Part shown: positions 24,348 to 39,000 of the stretch, piece by piece
Numbering within the stretch: the first letter of the stretch is position 1
Layout: each line of letters opens with the position of its first letter
Source: Podarcis muralis
Taxonomy: Eukaryota
Length of the DNA stretch: 64,000 nt
NCBI RefSeq assembly: GCF_964188315.1
Contig: NC_135656.1
Span: forward strand, 44,454,001-44,518,000
Direction of reading: 5' to 3'
The notes under the pieces: generated by a model
The model's input: only the letters and a program-made list of their open reading frames with translations
Databases searched by the model: none
Told to the model about the DNA's origin: nothing
Position numbers and translations under genes: made by a program

Positions 24348-27300
24348 GTGGGAAGAATGCACTTCCTTCTTCCTTCCTATTTTATTTTATTTTTTGCTGC
24401 AGAGGGGTTCTGTCCAAGAAAAGGACTGGCTTTTGATCCAGTCGCCTCTGGAGCTCATCAGCCTTTGAGATACAAGTCTGTAAGATGTTTAATTCTCATG
24501 CACAGTGTGATTTCCAGCTTACATATAAGACACTCTTTCTTTCCAAAGCAAGAAGAGTCTAATCCAGTGGTGTTTGAAATTAGCCAGGCATCAGGCACAT
24601 TTTGTACCTGGCTTTTGACTGCTTGCAACCAAGTGAAGATGCCTGGGTGCTAGGATGGCACCTGTTAACTCCACCATCTGGAGGTGAATGCCTGGGGATT
24701 GTTGGATCTGGGCTGTTTTCGCACACTAATACCCCACCCTGTAGAATTCTATCAGTTATGTTTTATCTGTACAATTGAAATGAATTTCTGGAACCCAAAT
24801 GGTTTTTCTGTGCAGCCTAAGCAGGAGCAGTCACCATTAAGAAAAAGGGGTCAGAACAGGCCAGTATATTTGCGGACTGTCCCTGGATCAAGTGACTTTT
24901 CTTCTTTAAATTCTCAAGGCTCTTAACTGAGCTCAAGGTTGTCATCTGAATTAGCCAGAGGTTTAACTGAGAATCATTTTAAAAAATAATTGCCCCAAAA
25001 TAGCAACTAGACATTCCCTTTTGGCAATTGTAACCTTGGTTTAAGGTGCCATTTGACACCTAGTTTATATAGCTGAGCTCTAACACTGTAATCCAACAAC
25101 TTTCAAACCTCCCCATGCCCCTCTATTGACCACTTGAAAACTGCAGTTTTTTGAGGGACTGTGTAATAAACTTTTTTATTACTAAAACTAGCGCCATACC
25201 ATGAAGATCCCAGGCCAGGCCCCTGAGAAGGAGCCCCTTAACTGGGTGGCATTTTTTTTTTGGGGGGGGGGGAGGTGTTCAACTTGAGTAGACTCTAGCA
25301 GTCAGTGGAGACAATATGGAGGAAGATTAACCAGTGTCCTGGCTCAGCAGAAGGCAGCTGAATCTTTGAACAGGCTAACAGCACATCCATATGATGCCTC
25401 AAGCAAAGAACTAGAAATACAGGAAGTCACTGAGGGGGTGGGAATAAATCATATTGGATGGGGAGGGGGGAAGTTGTAATTTTTTTCCATTGTGTGGGTT
25501 CCCATCATCTGTGTGGAGACCATAACTCCTACTCTGTAGAGTGTTTACAATCAGCAGAGCTAAAATGGATCCTTGATTGCTGAAGGAATTAAATACTGTA
25601 CAGAGACTCACCCACATCTGAGACATCCCTTCCAATAACCGCCCACCCCCAAAAAACTATGCTGCTCTTTGGATAACTTCCCAAGGTTTAATTTTCAGCC
25701 TAGGATCTCCAGGACTGAATTTGAGTAACAGCAGGGGTGATTCAGCCCTGGAACCTGTGTAGGGATATTCATCTACATTTGCCATCCTTCTTGTTAAAAA
25801 GGGCTATTTTATAGTTCCCTTTTCAGACACTGTTGCTCTATAAATATTTATATCCTGTCTTTTACAACGTAAAGTTGCTCAAGGCAGCTGACAATAAAAA
25901 GAAAACAAAGCTCCGTCCAACTACATTTGCGACATGAACCATAAAAACTACCCTCCAAAGAAATAAAAACGAGAACAAAAGTAGCACAGATATAATTATT
26001 TGTTGACTCATTGGTGTTGTGCTTAGAGTGCCGGACAAGGCACAGGGAATCCTACTCAGGCATGAGCCTCTGCACCAGTCACCATCTCTCAGCCTAGCCT
26101 ACTTCACAGGGTTGTTGGGAGGTAAAATGTTTCTTGAGAAATGCTGCTATACGTATGTAGGTCGGTTTTCCTTCAAACCACCTTCCATCTGATTTGAAAA
26201 CACAAAGCCACTTTCAGGGGGGGTTGCAGGCATGGGGAAACCAAGCAGGTAATGGGAGTTGAGTGGAGACATCCATCTCCATCCCCATTTGCAATGTGCA
26301 AATGAAACTTGAAACGCAGCAGTGGGAAACCACCTCAATGTGTTTTCAGCCACTAATGTGTACATAGCCTGAGTTCAACAAAAGTGGCAGCAAGTAGGTA
26401 TGGCACTGCGGACCAAGTCTACATTTTTGTTAGGTTCCAGCTAGCTTGCCAATGGAGAGTTGTCTGAGGGAGGGGTAATCTGCAGGATCTAAGAACAGGA
26501 ATTGACTTGTGAAACGTAACAAGTCCCATTAGTTGTTGTTGTTGTTATTGTCTTTTGATTTTCTCAAGTCCTGTTTGTTGAAAGGAAGGTGTTGGTGAAA
26601 TCTCACTCTGCAATACTGTAATGGGGAAAAAGAAGCTGGATTCCGTTGTAGACTGCAGGATTTGATGTCCATCTTTATTCTATCCTTCGACAACTGAATA
26701 TGAATTCATTTCTTGACATTAAATAGTTTAAACTCATTTTAATCTTGTGTCTTTCTAATGTTGTAACTCACAACGGAACCTAATGGTGAGGCTACAGCTT
26801 CTAAACTGTTGGAATTTGTGGGGGGTAAAATTGTGGGGGGTCTCTAGGAGAAACATGGCTAGGAGGTTAGTATAAAAACAGCATTCCTCTGATCAAAACC
26901 CAGTGACATGACACAAAAAAGCCATATCTTAGCGGCTGAGGGGGCTTTGGCCCCCCAATAAACTATTTTAGGGGGTCGTGCCCCCCCCCAGTTGATGGGC
27001 ATTGTCATTTAAATGGCGTGTGTGCACCGCATTATGTGATCAGTTATGCGGGATGGGTCTCACCTGGGCCCCTACAATATTTTGTTCAGGTTAGCACCCC
27101 TGACACAACACGTTAAGGGTAGCGTGGAGTCTTCAAGTCTAAAAGGGTAGTAATTGTCTGGTGTGAAGTTCAGCAAGCGGGAAGAGAACTATACCAGGAA
27201 TGAACTTGGCCCCTCTCTCTCTGCCCCCCCCCCCCCCCCCCCGTTTCAGAAGTTGGAGTTTAGCTGTTTTTGAACCAGCATGACGATTCCCTGGGACTCT

Positions 27301-28599
27301 TCCTATTGCAAAGTTTCTGTGCGAAAGAGGAAAATTTTACAAGGGTTGCACAGACAGACAACTCTCATAAATTAAACGCAGCGTTTCCCCCAGTGCATTC
27401 TTCCTTTTAACTTGCAATTGGCTCGATTAAGAAGTTCCATCCAGTCTGCAAGGAATTAACTGTTCGAAGACTGCCATCCTACGCACTGTTAAACCTGTGA
27501 CAGTGCCCTCATGAAACCCGAGGGGATTGACTTTTGAGTAAACATGTATGGGGGCTGCAGGGCTGCAGTCCTGTGCACACTTTCCTGAGAACAAGTGTGC
27601 GAGTGGGATTCACAGTGCAAGCCTAACCATACCTAATGAGAAGTAAGTCGTACTGAATTCATTGTGGTTTACTCCCAGGAAACTGGGATTAGGATTGCAA
27701 CCTTGGATCAAGATGTTACGTCTTCTTTAGAAAACATTTTAATAAATAAAAATAGTACTCACAAGCACAAATGTCTTCCAGAAAAAGATCCTGACATCCA
27801 GTAGGAAAGCTGAAGAATCTCAAACAGATGTTTCACCGCAGAGCATAGTTGTCCAGCTTCGTGGGATTCCTAGCTATTCTTGCAAAACCTCTACTTTAAA
27901 CGAAGGGCTCGCGATTTTGCATTCTCAAATGCCTTGCTCGACGTTAGTAAAAATGGGTTTCTTTCATTTGCATTCCCACTTTCTTGCAGCGGCTTCAGCT
28001 TTTTGGCTCAGCTTTGCCAGAGGCATATTTTGATTATTGTGTAATGTTTGAGCTTCTGCCTCGTGTCACGTGAGACAGGGGAGAAAACGTTGCACACATG
28101 TGGCTAAATGCTTGGAAGGCTCCGGATACTTGAGAAGAAGAAAGGAAAAAGGAAAAAGCCCCGCTCTGCGGAAGCTCAGAAACTCTAAAGGGGGCCAGGA
28201 GTTGTGTGTTATCACCCACAGACACAAGAGTGGCTTGTGTAAGGTCACCTAAAAGCAACACGAGACTCTCCAGAACATGCTTGGCTGGCAGGCAGAATCT
28301 GGCGGCCGACAGCTATTTTATCTGGCTTCAGGCAGCAGTCCAATCAAATCTCAGCCAGGCTTTGGCCAAGAGTCTGCTTACAGTTCCACTCATATGGCAT
28401 GTACTTGGGTGCGTCCACACAGGGAGTTATAAAATGGAATTCCCACTCTTTCTCCCTGTGAAGAGTGAAAATTGATACACCTTCTGAAGTGGGGGAGGTG
28501 ATGTAGCTGGCAGGGGGAGAACAATGAGTGGGCGCTGCTAAAAATCCTCCATGTGGACACAATAATATAATAATATACAATCACATCGTTATCCACTTT

Positions 28600-29030
28600 A
28601 TGTCTCTTTGGCTCTTTAGAGCCCGGCAACTTCCTTCTCTCCCACCTCATGCCTTTCAAAGTTAACCTTTATAATATATCATTGCATTTCCTGCATTTTC
28701 CAATTGTGAAAAGCTTTAAGTAAATATAAAAAGGGAGGAAATTTTTCATTACAAGTCTTCAGACAACCCTGCTAGTGATGTTAATGGCTTACAGTAATCT
28801 TTCAAATATTGTATATATTTACTCCAGTCCTTTTGGAATACTTGATCATGCTGGTTTTGGATTTTTCCTGTCAGCTTTGCCAGTTCCGCCAAGTCCATCA
28901 TTTTCATCTGCCACTCTTCTTTCGTTGGTAGTTCTTGTAGTTTCCATTTTTGGGCTAAAAGGATTCTTGCCGCTGTTGCTTTTAATAAGTTGTGCTGTGC
29001 TCACTGCATCTTTAAATTTGACCTATCAGT
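28600..29030 (-). mobile_element. L1 LINE 3' fragment
   Basis: Minus strand reads ATAARILLAQKWKLQELPTKEEWQMKMMDLAELAKLT...FQKDWSKYIQYL, a typical L1 ORF2 C-terminus. Confidence 0.7.
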
Positions 29031-31189
29031 CTGGAAATAGTATGCAAAGTAACAGCATAAGACACATTCTTTGGTAAAGGAAGTTTATGTCCCTTGGGGA
29101 CATAACTTTCTTCTGTAGGTAATAGATTGAACTCCATGTACACATGCTATCTTGCCTGCTTTTTATGTTGCTTATGTTTTAAGTTCTAATGGTGAATGCA
29201 AATGACATCATCTCCTCTTGGTTTTGCACATGCATGCATGCGCCTTTGTAGTTTGTGCAACCTGGTTGCAGTTTGTGCAACCTGGTTGCAGTTGCATCCT
29301 CTCCCACCTTAGACTGGTGATGCCTTTTATCCAGGTACCAGCAACTGCTTTGTGCAGGTGATGCAAAGGGAATTGAATTGCTCCTTTCTGATCCTGGGCA
29401 TAAGGTTTCCACCTCTTTTGTGTGATTCAACTGCCCCCTTCTCAAAGTCCCCTTTGCTCCAATGTCCATAAAATCCAGGCTATATTTGTTAGTTCCTGGA
29501 AAACTGTACATATTGTGCTGGCCCATCCCTCTTGTGAAGTCTGGGAGTGTTTGTGCAACATCCCTAGAGAGAATATACTATAAACCATGTCTATTAGAAA
29601 AACAAAATGCTAAGCTTAGACTACATTTGCTTTCATCAGGATAGATTTTAGCTGGTCTATTGAGATTGCCTATTAGTACAGCCAAAAGCCTTTTAAAGAA
29701 ATTTCCCCCTAGGCATCAAATAAACGAAAAGCAGCAATACCAGGATCTAAAAGAAGCATCAACCAAGCCTATCAAAATAATTCAGGTTGTGCAGAGTCCA
29801 ACATTTGAAGAGGCTTGGCTCATGTTTTCTACCTAATGCTAGTTCACTTTTGCAGATAACATCATGCACCAAGATGTTGTGCAGTACATATATAAAATCA
29901 TAGAATCACGAGAGAAGGAAATTATATTGTGACCTATTTAGTATGTATTAAAACAACACTTCAGGCAACGTGAGTCTTCCACAGGCACTTGTTTCATAGC
30001 AAAAAAAAATAGAATCTGCTTTTTAAAGCTTGTAGTCTCATTTTGACATTGCAAAATTTTAGCAAGCTTCACTGGAGCACAACCGGCAAGGAAATTTTAA
30101 CTAAATAAATTTACATTTATGAACAGAACTGCAAGAGGCAGAATTGTATGTAAAGAGGGAGAGGGTTTTCCCATAAGACAACATGGGTTCTCGCCCTGTG
30201 GCTACTGTGTCTTCTTTAAGGTTGCACAAAGCAGCTGAACCTTAAATTAATTCTCCTGTTGGACAGGGACATTAAAGGGGGCTTACAGTAATAAGGGCAA
30301 CAGAAGATGAAATAATAGTATTAAGAGTTTTGGCAGTGGCAGTGGAAGTGACAGCAGACTTCAATAGCATGGCAAACCATGAGGAATGATTGCACAGGGG
30401 ACTGAGTTTGGGGATAGAGCTGGTTGGAGGTCCAGTTCTAGAGAATGAGCACAGAAAAGATGGAAAAGGGCTGCTGCTTGAGCTGCAAGGGAAAGGCAGA
30501 AACATCGGGAGGAACTGGAGATGGGGTTTTGGTGGTTGGGGGACTGGCCCTCCAGTGAGCAGACTGGCAGTATGAAGGCAATAACAGTGTTGCACATTAA
30601 CTGCATCAAAATGCAAATTCTACTGGACACAGAAATGCACAAACTAAGCAAGTATGATTAAGGCCAGCCTGCTTTTCACTGTGAACGGTTGTCATTTTGG
30701 GATACAAAAGAACTCTAGATCAAAGTTTGATTCCCCTTCAAACCTGGCAAGAATTAGTACTGTTAGCTTTCATGTAAATGACAATTTTCCTTCAATTTTT
30801 TTCTCCCCGAGTTATAAGGGGTGATTCGCATTTAATTTCAATAAAAGAAATTACTGACATTTAGGACGTATGTCCAGTATTCTCAGGCCTTGGGAGGAAC
30901 TAAGTCTTAGAAATGCCAATTCAAAATGGAAAAAGCAAAGCACTTCAAAATCATAAGGTTGGAAAATGAATTGTTTCTTTTTTCCAAGACCCAACAACTA
31001 CATCACTAGGCCATATTTGCCAATGAACTGTATCTAGTATCTGCCAACAATGCCCCTCTGCTATCATAATAGGAAAAACATCTCTATGGTTTAGGCAGAA
31101 GAATGAATAAGTGTCTCTCATTAAAATGCTAGGTTAGTAGGGGACACTTAAATCTTCCAGGACACTTGGCTAATGACCAGAACAATCAC

Positions 31190-31400
31190 TATTATTGGAC
31201 AACAAATAACTTCAGGAGACTTGAGCATGAAGTTATGGAATGGTTCCTCTTAGGTTATGGAAGCAGGAGGTTTTTAAGCAGAAGTTGGATGGCCATCTGA
31301 CATGGATGCTTCAGTTGAGATTCTGCATTGTAGGGGTTTGGGTCCCTTCCAAAACTACAGTTCTATGTTAAATTCTAGTTTATCAGCAAATATGATTCTA
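31190..31400 (+). mobile_element. CR1 LINE 3' fragment
   Basis: ggaggtttttaagcagaagttggatggccatctg...ggtcccttccaa...ttctatg...attcta CR1-like 3' end and tail. Confidence 0.6.
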
Positions 31401-32469
31401 TTCATTTAGGGATTCTATTCACTGGGGATTTCTGTCCTACTATTACTTTAATGTGTGACATTGTGAGGGGAAGTTGCTACTCTCTTAATCTGAGTGCTAT
31501 GAAGAACAGACACAGACTGCACCCTCCTTCAATACAGTCTACCTCCACCCCCCCCCCATGCCTACAGGTGCACATTTATCTTCCAACTGAGGGCAATACT
31601 TCATGCATCTGAAGAAGCAGACTCTGGTTCATGAAGTTATGCCTCTATCCTAATGGTTTGGGATAGGGTACGCAAAAGCCTAGCTGTGTCCCAAGGATGC
31701 CAGAAAAGGAAGACGATCTCTGGTTCATTATCTATTACACTTAGAATCCAGTTCACCTGTGCTAAAAAATGAGCATTTAACATTATATGCCACAGCTATT
31801 GCTGACAACTGTGAGCACAATCCAGTGCTTCCAGCATGCAAGCAAGGAGAGTGGGAGGAAAGAAAAGGATCCGGTACTTTAGATGACGGATGCAAAGCAA
31901 TTGGGCAAGATGTTCTGATAGCTAACTCTCAGAGCAACACTTTTAAGACACACGAGATATTTGGAAATCTCATCCAATTCTGCTGAGATGCTGTCTGAGC
32001 TTTTAATCAGAAGAATGGTTTCACAAGAGTAGAATTCTGTTAACTTCTGATAAGAATACCCCCCTTCAACTGTACTGAGTTAATTTATACATAAAAGTAG
32101 GTTACAACTGTGTATTTGCCAAGTGGAAAGTACCAAACTCTTGTTCCCTTCAAACAGCAGAAATAGTGACTCCTGCTATTTTTTGTTTGGGCATGTGACA
32201 CATTCTGAGTGAGAAGAACATTGCCTTTTTGAATTAATAAACCCACTGGGCATCATAACTCCAATCAGCAGGTTATGGCTGACAAAACATTTGCATTTTC
32301 AAAGGAAACTCAAGATGTAAACTGTACACTCTCTTTTTTCAGTTGAAACATTGCCATATTTATATACACATACACAATACAATACAGAAAACTGGCAGGT
32401 GTTCTACTTGGTGATCAAATATAAAAACAACACCCAAGTCCTGTGGGCTTGCAAGTTCTTTCATAAAAG

Positions 32470-35400
32470 TTACTGCCCCAGAAAAGAGGCCATAGGATCA
32501 TCTGGCCGCTGGCGCTTCATTCGATAAGCTTCCATTTCCTCCTCTGTTGGTTCTCGGCTTTCATACATGCTGTTATATGGCCTCTTTCTCTCATCTAATT
32601 GCATTATTTCTTTCACGTGAAGGAGACGGGCTTCTTCAGCATTCAGTGCCTAAAGGAAAACAAAACACAATCCATAACTATGTGACAATATTAGTTTACA
32701 GAAGCCAGCAAGATCCAATACAAGGAGTGAGGTTTCATTAAATGATAGGCAGGGATGGAGAGAAATTGTCTGCAGCATTGATTGATCATGTGGCATAAAG
32801 TAGGTTTAGCCCATGGGATTCCAACTGTTGGCTACTGGTCCAAACACTGTCACAAGTATTCACCCAAAAGAGTATGACTAAAAAGTCACCAAGTTGTATT
32901 CAACACTTTACATCTGCTAACAAAAGGAATCCATCGGTTTGAAAATTACCAATACAGGTAAGCAAGAATAATGAAGCTGGCAGATTATTCTTATTTCAAG
33001 CATACCTTCTTTAATTTTTCCTGTTTCTTTCTATCTTCTTCACTATCAGAACCTGTACTCTTCTTGTGCTTTTTCTTCTTTTTCTTCTTCTCCTCTTTTT
33101 GTTTTTCCTGATGCATCTGCAGAGGGTGGAAAAGAGCAATAGTATTCGGAGGCAGTCCCACAACTTGCAGTAAACGAACCTAGGGACTTTTTGAGACTTT
33201 GAAGGATGAAATGTTACATGGGCTCTGCTTTCTTATTTTGAATAACCACTAGACTGATCTTGCAGTTAAAGAGAACTATTCCTCTATATCAGTAGTGGGG
33301 AACTTCCGGCCCACAAGCCAAATTAGGCCTGGCGGGGGTTTCATTGGGCCCATGGGACAGTTTCCCTTAAACCACATCCATCTGCTGCACACCAGGCGTA
33401 TGTAACACCAGGTGTGGAGCAAGTAAAGACACAGCTGCAAAGGAACGATTAAAGGGCGCTGCCAATTGTTTCTCGCTAAGCAGGACTTGCATTCGGCACC
33501 TTTAAAATTTGATGCCAAATACAAGCTCCGCTGAGATTAGTGTCATTAAAGAACTCCTGCTCTGAGCTCCCAAGCGCAACTGATTCCTGCCAAAAGCAGA
33601 GGTTTTAATCAGCGTCACTTAGCTGATTGGCACTGACCACAACCCCAGCTGGTATTGGCTGCAGCGACCTTTCTTTGCAGCCTGACTTGAGTTCAAGTTC
33701 GTCTGCAAAGAAAAACAACTTCACCCAGTGATGGCAGGTGACCTGCAGTGGGCATGGAGATCTGGCCTGCTGGCTGCATGCAGTTCCCCATTCCTGCTCT
33801 ACAAACTAAAATTATCTCTCTTCCCCTTGACACACCAGTAGGATTTTCTTTTCTTTCTTTCTTTTTGTAAAGGGAAGCAGGCAGGAGAAAAAGGCAACCT
33901 ACCTCCACTAGAGTTCTTTGTTTGGTCACGTACTCTTCCTCAGGCACTTCAATGGGCAATTCCTCATCAGCGTTCTGTAGAGAGAATAAACAGGAGAGAA
34001 AATAAAATTCAACAGGAGAAACAAGTATTAGCCTGGTTTTTTAAAACTTAGAAGCGGAAAATTTATTTCTCAGGCCAGTTCTTACAGCAATTTCTCTTCC
34101 AGCTTCTCCGGTGCAATACGAATACTTTACAAATGAGTAGCAGCATTTGTATCCCCATTTGCCTTCTTTCCAATAGGAACCCCAAATGCACTGCAGGGGA
34201 AATAAAAAGAAAAGCAAAATCAGTTACTTTTACCACCATCGCTTGTGCTGATGTAAAGTTACAGAATTATATAAATGTTGTTCAGGATACAACTAAGCTT
34301 TTGAGAAATATTACTTTCCCTGAAATCATGGAATCTACTTACAGAGGATTTATTAAACATCTATTAAAGTCAAATCTTCAACTTAGGAAAGATTTGTTGC
34401 ACTCAGATCCTGCTTGTTGGCTTCCCAGAGGCATCTGGTTGGCCACTGTGAGAAAAGGCTGCTGGACTAAGGGTTAGAGCAACTGCCCTACGAGGAAAGG
34501 TTGCAACATCTGGGGCAACCCAGAGTTCAGCCCTTTTGATGTTTTAGTTTACTTGACTGAGTTACTGAATATATGCATAATTCTGCTGCCAAAATGGAAC
34601 ATAAAGCGCTTCATTTTTGCTGAACTGCGCCCTGAACAGATGTACAGTAGCTGCAGATTTTGAAAACTGATTTTTTAAAGTTTCCAAGTCAAATATTTGC
34701 AAAGTGAAACGATGGGGCTGGATCTAGATGTCACCCTACGTTCAAGGAAGGTTCCTTCTGCCCACAATAAGCGGAAGGAGGGAAGGCAGCTTTTATTGCT
34801 TGTCCCTGCAAAGGAATCATTGTAATAAGTAACTTTTAAAACTAACTGCTTTACAGTGGAATAGTGACTATGTAAGCACAGGAGAACTCAACTCATACCT
34901 ATGAACTGCATGCAGGCCAGAATCTGGCTGCTTGCAGCTGAAGGGGAGCACAGCTCAGAATTAATTCTGAGCAGTAGAACCCTTATTCAAAAATATAAAG
35001 TGTAGCCTTATTTTTAGTAAGGTTTCCTGTTCTTGGTTACTTACTGTGTGGTTGTTGATAGTTACATCTTCCTCATATTTAGAACGAGCAACAGCCTTCT
35101 CTTGGCCTTTAATAACTGTTCCATGTCTAGAATATTCCACATAATCTTCCGTCTGAGCAAGCAGTAACTCAGGCGGTGGGGCATCCAGATGTTCTTGTCC
35201 CCCGTACTGTTAAGAAATAAAGTTTGGAAAAATCTTTAGCAAAGGATTATCTACAGTTTAACTATACAGTTTTTTACTAATCAAGAATCCCTATCTGGAT
35301 ATTACAGGAAACACTATACTTATATACAGGCAACCCGATTTGCACGGGGTTGTGTTTCTGGTCAGTAGAGCACACAGAAGCCTGTCTTGCCCCTGTCCTG

Positions 35401-36047
35401 CCATTAAAATGACCCGCGTGTCGGCGGTTGTGCATCAATTGTACGTGCGCAAAATGGTCATCGCCTGTCCACTGTGCTCTTTTAAAAGAGTTCATGTGCA
35501 TGTGTATTGAAAGCATTTTCAAATTTCTCTTCAGTAGAATAGAACACACCAACACAAGCAAAACTGCATAAAATTCTAGCAGTATTTTTTTTAAAGCAAA
35601 TGCACAGCAAGGTTAGACTATAAATCTATTTCCACCTCAAAAATCAATTGGTTTGTGAACCTATTTACTCCTTGTGAGTTGTATTCTTTTAAGGGGCTTA
35701 AATGAAGGGGTTTTTTTTATTTATAAAACCTTACAAATTTATAAAACCTTACAAATTGGCCCACGGTTCTGTTCAAAATATGTAATTCAGTAAATCTTGC
35801 TTGCTGCATTTCTGATTGTCTACAGCTACTAGTCTGGTGCTTACATATGAGGCTGATTTACCTTCTCCAGGATGCTTTCTTTCTGCTGCTCCTTGAAGTC
35901 TTCTTTTTTCACTTTGAAGGACTTATACAAGAGTTCAAGTTTTGTAGGATCTGCCTGAAGATGAACTTCAGAGCCTTTTTCATAGGCTTCCCAGGCAAAC
36001 ACTTTTAAGGAATTAAGGAGAGAGAATGTTTGCAATAACTATTTGCT

Positions 36048-36083
<36 letters not shown>

Positions 36084-39000
36084 ACACACACACACACTTC
36101 AGGGTATAAACTGGTTTTGCTCTCAATATGAACCAAATAATTTTGGTTCATATTTGGGGAAGTGGGGGTAAAGGAAGACAAGGCAAAGGGTAAGGTTCTT
36201 TCTGTTTTTACCCTTCCCTTCTACTCCCATGAATTATTCTCAGCTTCACAGAGCCAGTTCTAGGAACAGCTGCCATGAACTCTCTAGGCTTGGCTCTACT
36301 GAGCCAGCTTCAAGAACAGCCCACAACATCACTGTCCATCTGCTTAAGTTGGCCTGGAACCCACTTGCTTTGAGCAGAGGGTTCATGGTTTCCAAGGGGC
36401 AGAGGAAAGAGAGCTGCCTTGGAGAATTATCTAAGGATACAAAGGGGACATCAGGCTTGGAGGACACCTGCATCACTGCAGCCCCCCCCCCCATTTTATA
36501 CCCCATGCTGAAGGGAAGTGAGTGAGCAAACAAACAAACAAACAAACAAACAAACAAACAAACAAACAAACAAACAGCTACTTCCTTTCAGCCTAACTCC
36601 TGGCCTCAGAAGCCTAAGAGAACTCACAACTGCATGATGCTCTCTGCAGCCAGTGTTCCTTTGGCAGTATGGAGGCACAAATGCACCCCTTAGCACAGTT
36701 TGTTTTCCTTTTTTTGAGGGCAAGGGGAGGTATGCAAGGGGGAACGTTGAAAAACCCCAACATTTCTCTAAAAATTTTTTTTGGGGGGACGGTTTCCTCT
36801 GAATAAGGACCCTTTCCCTCTATTTGCCCAAAATTGAAACTCCCCTGAAGATTAAACCGAGAATAGTTCCTTCCACTGCCAAAAGCAGGTTTCATTAAGT
36901 AGTAGTAGATGGTACAACGGAAGAAAACATGACTGGCAGATTCAGTACTTACGCTGAGTTTGCGCCATAGAAATGGTAGCCCCCGTGTAACGAACGAAGT
37001 TGTCACCTGCGTAGCTGACCCTGGAAGGAAAGACCTTGTAAGTAACCAGGATGCACAGGAAGTATGAGTGGTTTTACATTACAATATGAGTTCGTTCTTC
37101 TTTGTTAGGACACTTTCATTGAAAGGAGCCATTCCCATGTTTGCAAAGATGTGCTTCAATGAGCAACACAAGTCCCTGCACCACCCCCAAAAGCAACACA
37201 AGTGATGAGTTCTGCCATAGATCTGTAAAATCCAGCCTGCTTCTTGCGTCTCTGAGGAGACTCAACTGCATGCATCAGCTTTTCAGGCAATATGCTTGTA
37301 ATCAGAGCAATTATCCATTATCAAAATGCAGTATGAGAAACAACTTTCAGATTAAAACCACACACACGAAAGGAATGTACTGCGACCCTCCTGCAACAGA
37401 GCTTTCTTACACAGCATCTGGGGCCCACATTTGTTGGTGACTTACAAGCCAGCCTCTATTTATGCTCACCACCAACCCTCTCCCATCCCCATGAAAGTCC
37501 TCCCAAGTGTGCTGTGGGTCTTAGAGGCAGGGGTTTCTCTCACCAGTCCTGAGCTGTAGATAACAAACCACACAAGAGATTTCAGCTCTTTTACTTTCCC
37601 CAAACTGCAACTCAAATGAGAAAACCATGTCTATCACTGAACCTTCTGGCTATATACAGAAGGCTTGAAAGGAAAGCATGGTCTCATCTCAAGCTTGGCT
37701 ACGGTAACAAGCAGCATGAGAGACTCAGGTAATTTTTTATTTACTCCTTACTCCAGCACAAAGTAAAGCTTGGATGAAAGAGAGGTAAGCTTTTGGGTAT
37801 CAGTCCCCACAGAAGCTCAAGAGCACTTGCCCCTAGTGGGATAGCACATGGATATGTGAATGTCTGTGCAGCATTTAGCTATTCTGCTAAATAAAGGGGG
37901 ACTAATCATTCAACAGAATAATTAATTTCAACCAAATGATTTGGGGCAATGGAGATGTCAAATCCAATTTCTTTCCATGGGTGAAATCCAACAGTGCTTC
38001 TTCACCAGTGGAATGGAATTGTTGGTAGAACAGATTCACCCCTCCCCCCACTTGCACGCCCTAAAACCTGGTTTGGAAAATCTCTGGCAGATAGAGAAAA
38101 GGGAGGTCCATTCACGAGGTTTTGGATGCCACCCAGGAAACCCCCAGTATCAGATTAGTACTAATGAAAGCTTTTCTCACAACTTCCACTGTCATGTATG
38201 GGTTTCACCGGTACCCAAATATTAATGTTTGAAAGGATGCACAAGACAGTTAAATTATCCAAGCGAGTTAGTTTCAAACTTACTCATCTGGATTCTTTCC
38301 GGCATTGGCATATGGATTCTCTCTCATTGCTCTGGTTTTAGGATCATAGTATGCAGAATTGGGATCAAGATTCCGCAAGTACTGAAAAGGCACGAGAATA
38401 CAGACTTGAAGCTTCAGTGCAGGTAACAGAGCCAACCATCCCTTGAAGATCTCTTAATGCCAACTCATCTATGCAGCTAATCAAATCCTCATTTTATTTT
38501 AAGTTAAATGGATTTCTTAATGTCACTAAGCAATTAATTTTCAGTTAAGGATGAGAAATCTAAAAGAGACTATTGGTTGCATATATTAATTAATAAAGCT
38601 TGATTGAAGGCAAGAAGAATGTTGTGTAATTTTCTTAATCCAACAGTAAAACACAGACAGCAGCTACACAACGACAAGGCTTAATGTGAATCTGCTTACT
38701 TTAGCGATATCCTCCCGAATACGCAGGTTTCGGACAGTAATACGCCTTTTGGAGTCAAAATTCTGTCCAGGCATATCAATGTCATCTGCATATTTGTCTT
38801 CATCTTCATCTTCACTGTTATGATCTCTTTCCTGAAAACACAGCAAGATGTATTATTCAAAAGAGCAGTAGGTGTAGAACTCATTTGCACAATTAATCTA
38901 AAATGCAAAGATCTTTAAGCTATTTTAAAAATTCACACAATTTTATTAGCGCTCTGTAAATAAATAAAAAAACAATTTTATAAGAGTCATATATGTTTTA

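Noticed and set aside
28775-29077. Hydrophobic 100-aa ORF resembling a membrane protein
   Set aside because: It is the antisense of an L1 ORF2 C-terminal fragment.
31605-31642. Second hammerhead-like motif (gcatCTGAAGAAG...gaagttatgc)
   Set aside because: The GAAA core and stem II are broken, so this is a decayed relative only.
20400-32400. ZBED8/C5orf54 ortholog expected from human synteny
   Set aside because: No long ORF or hAT transposase motif is visible in this interval.
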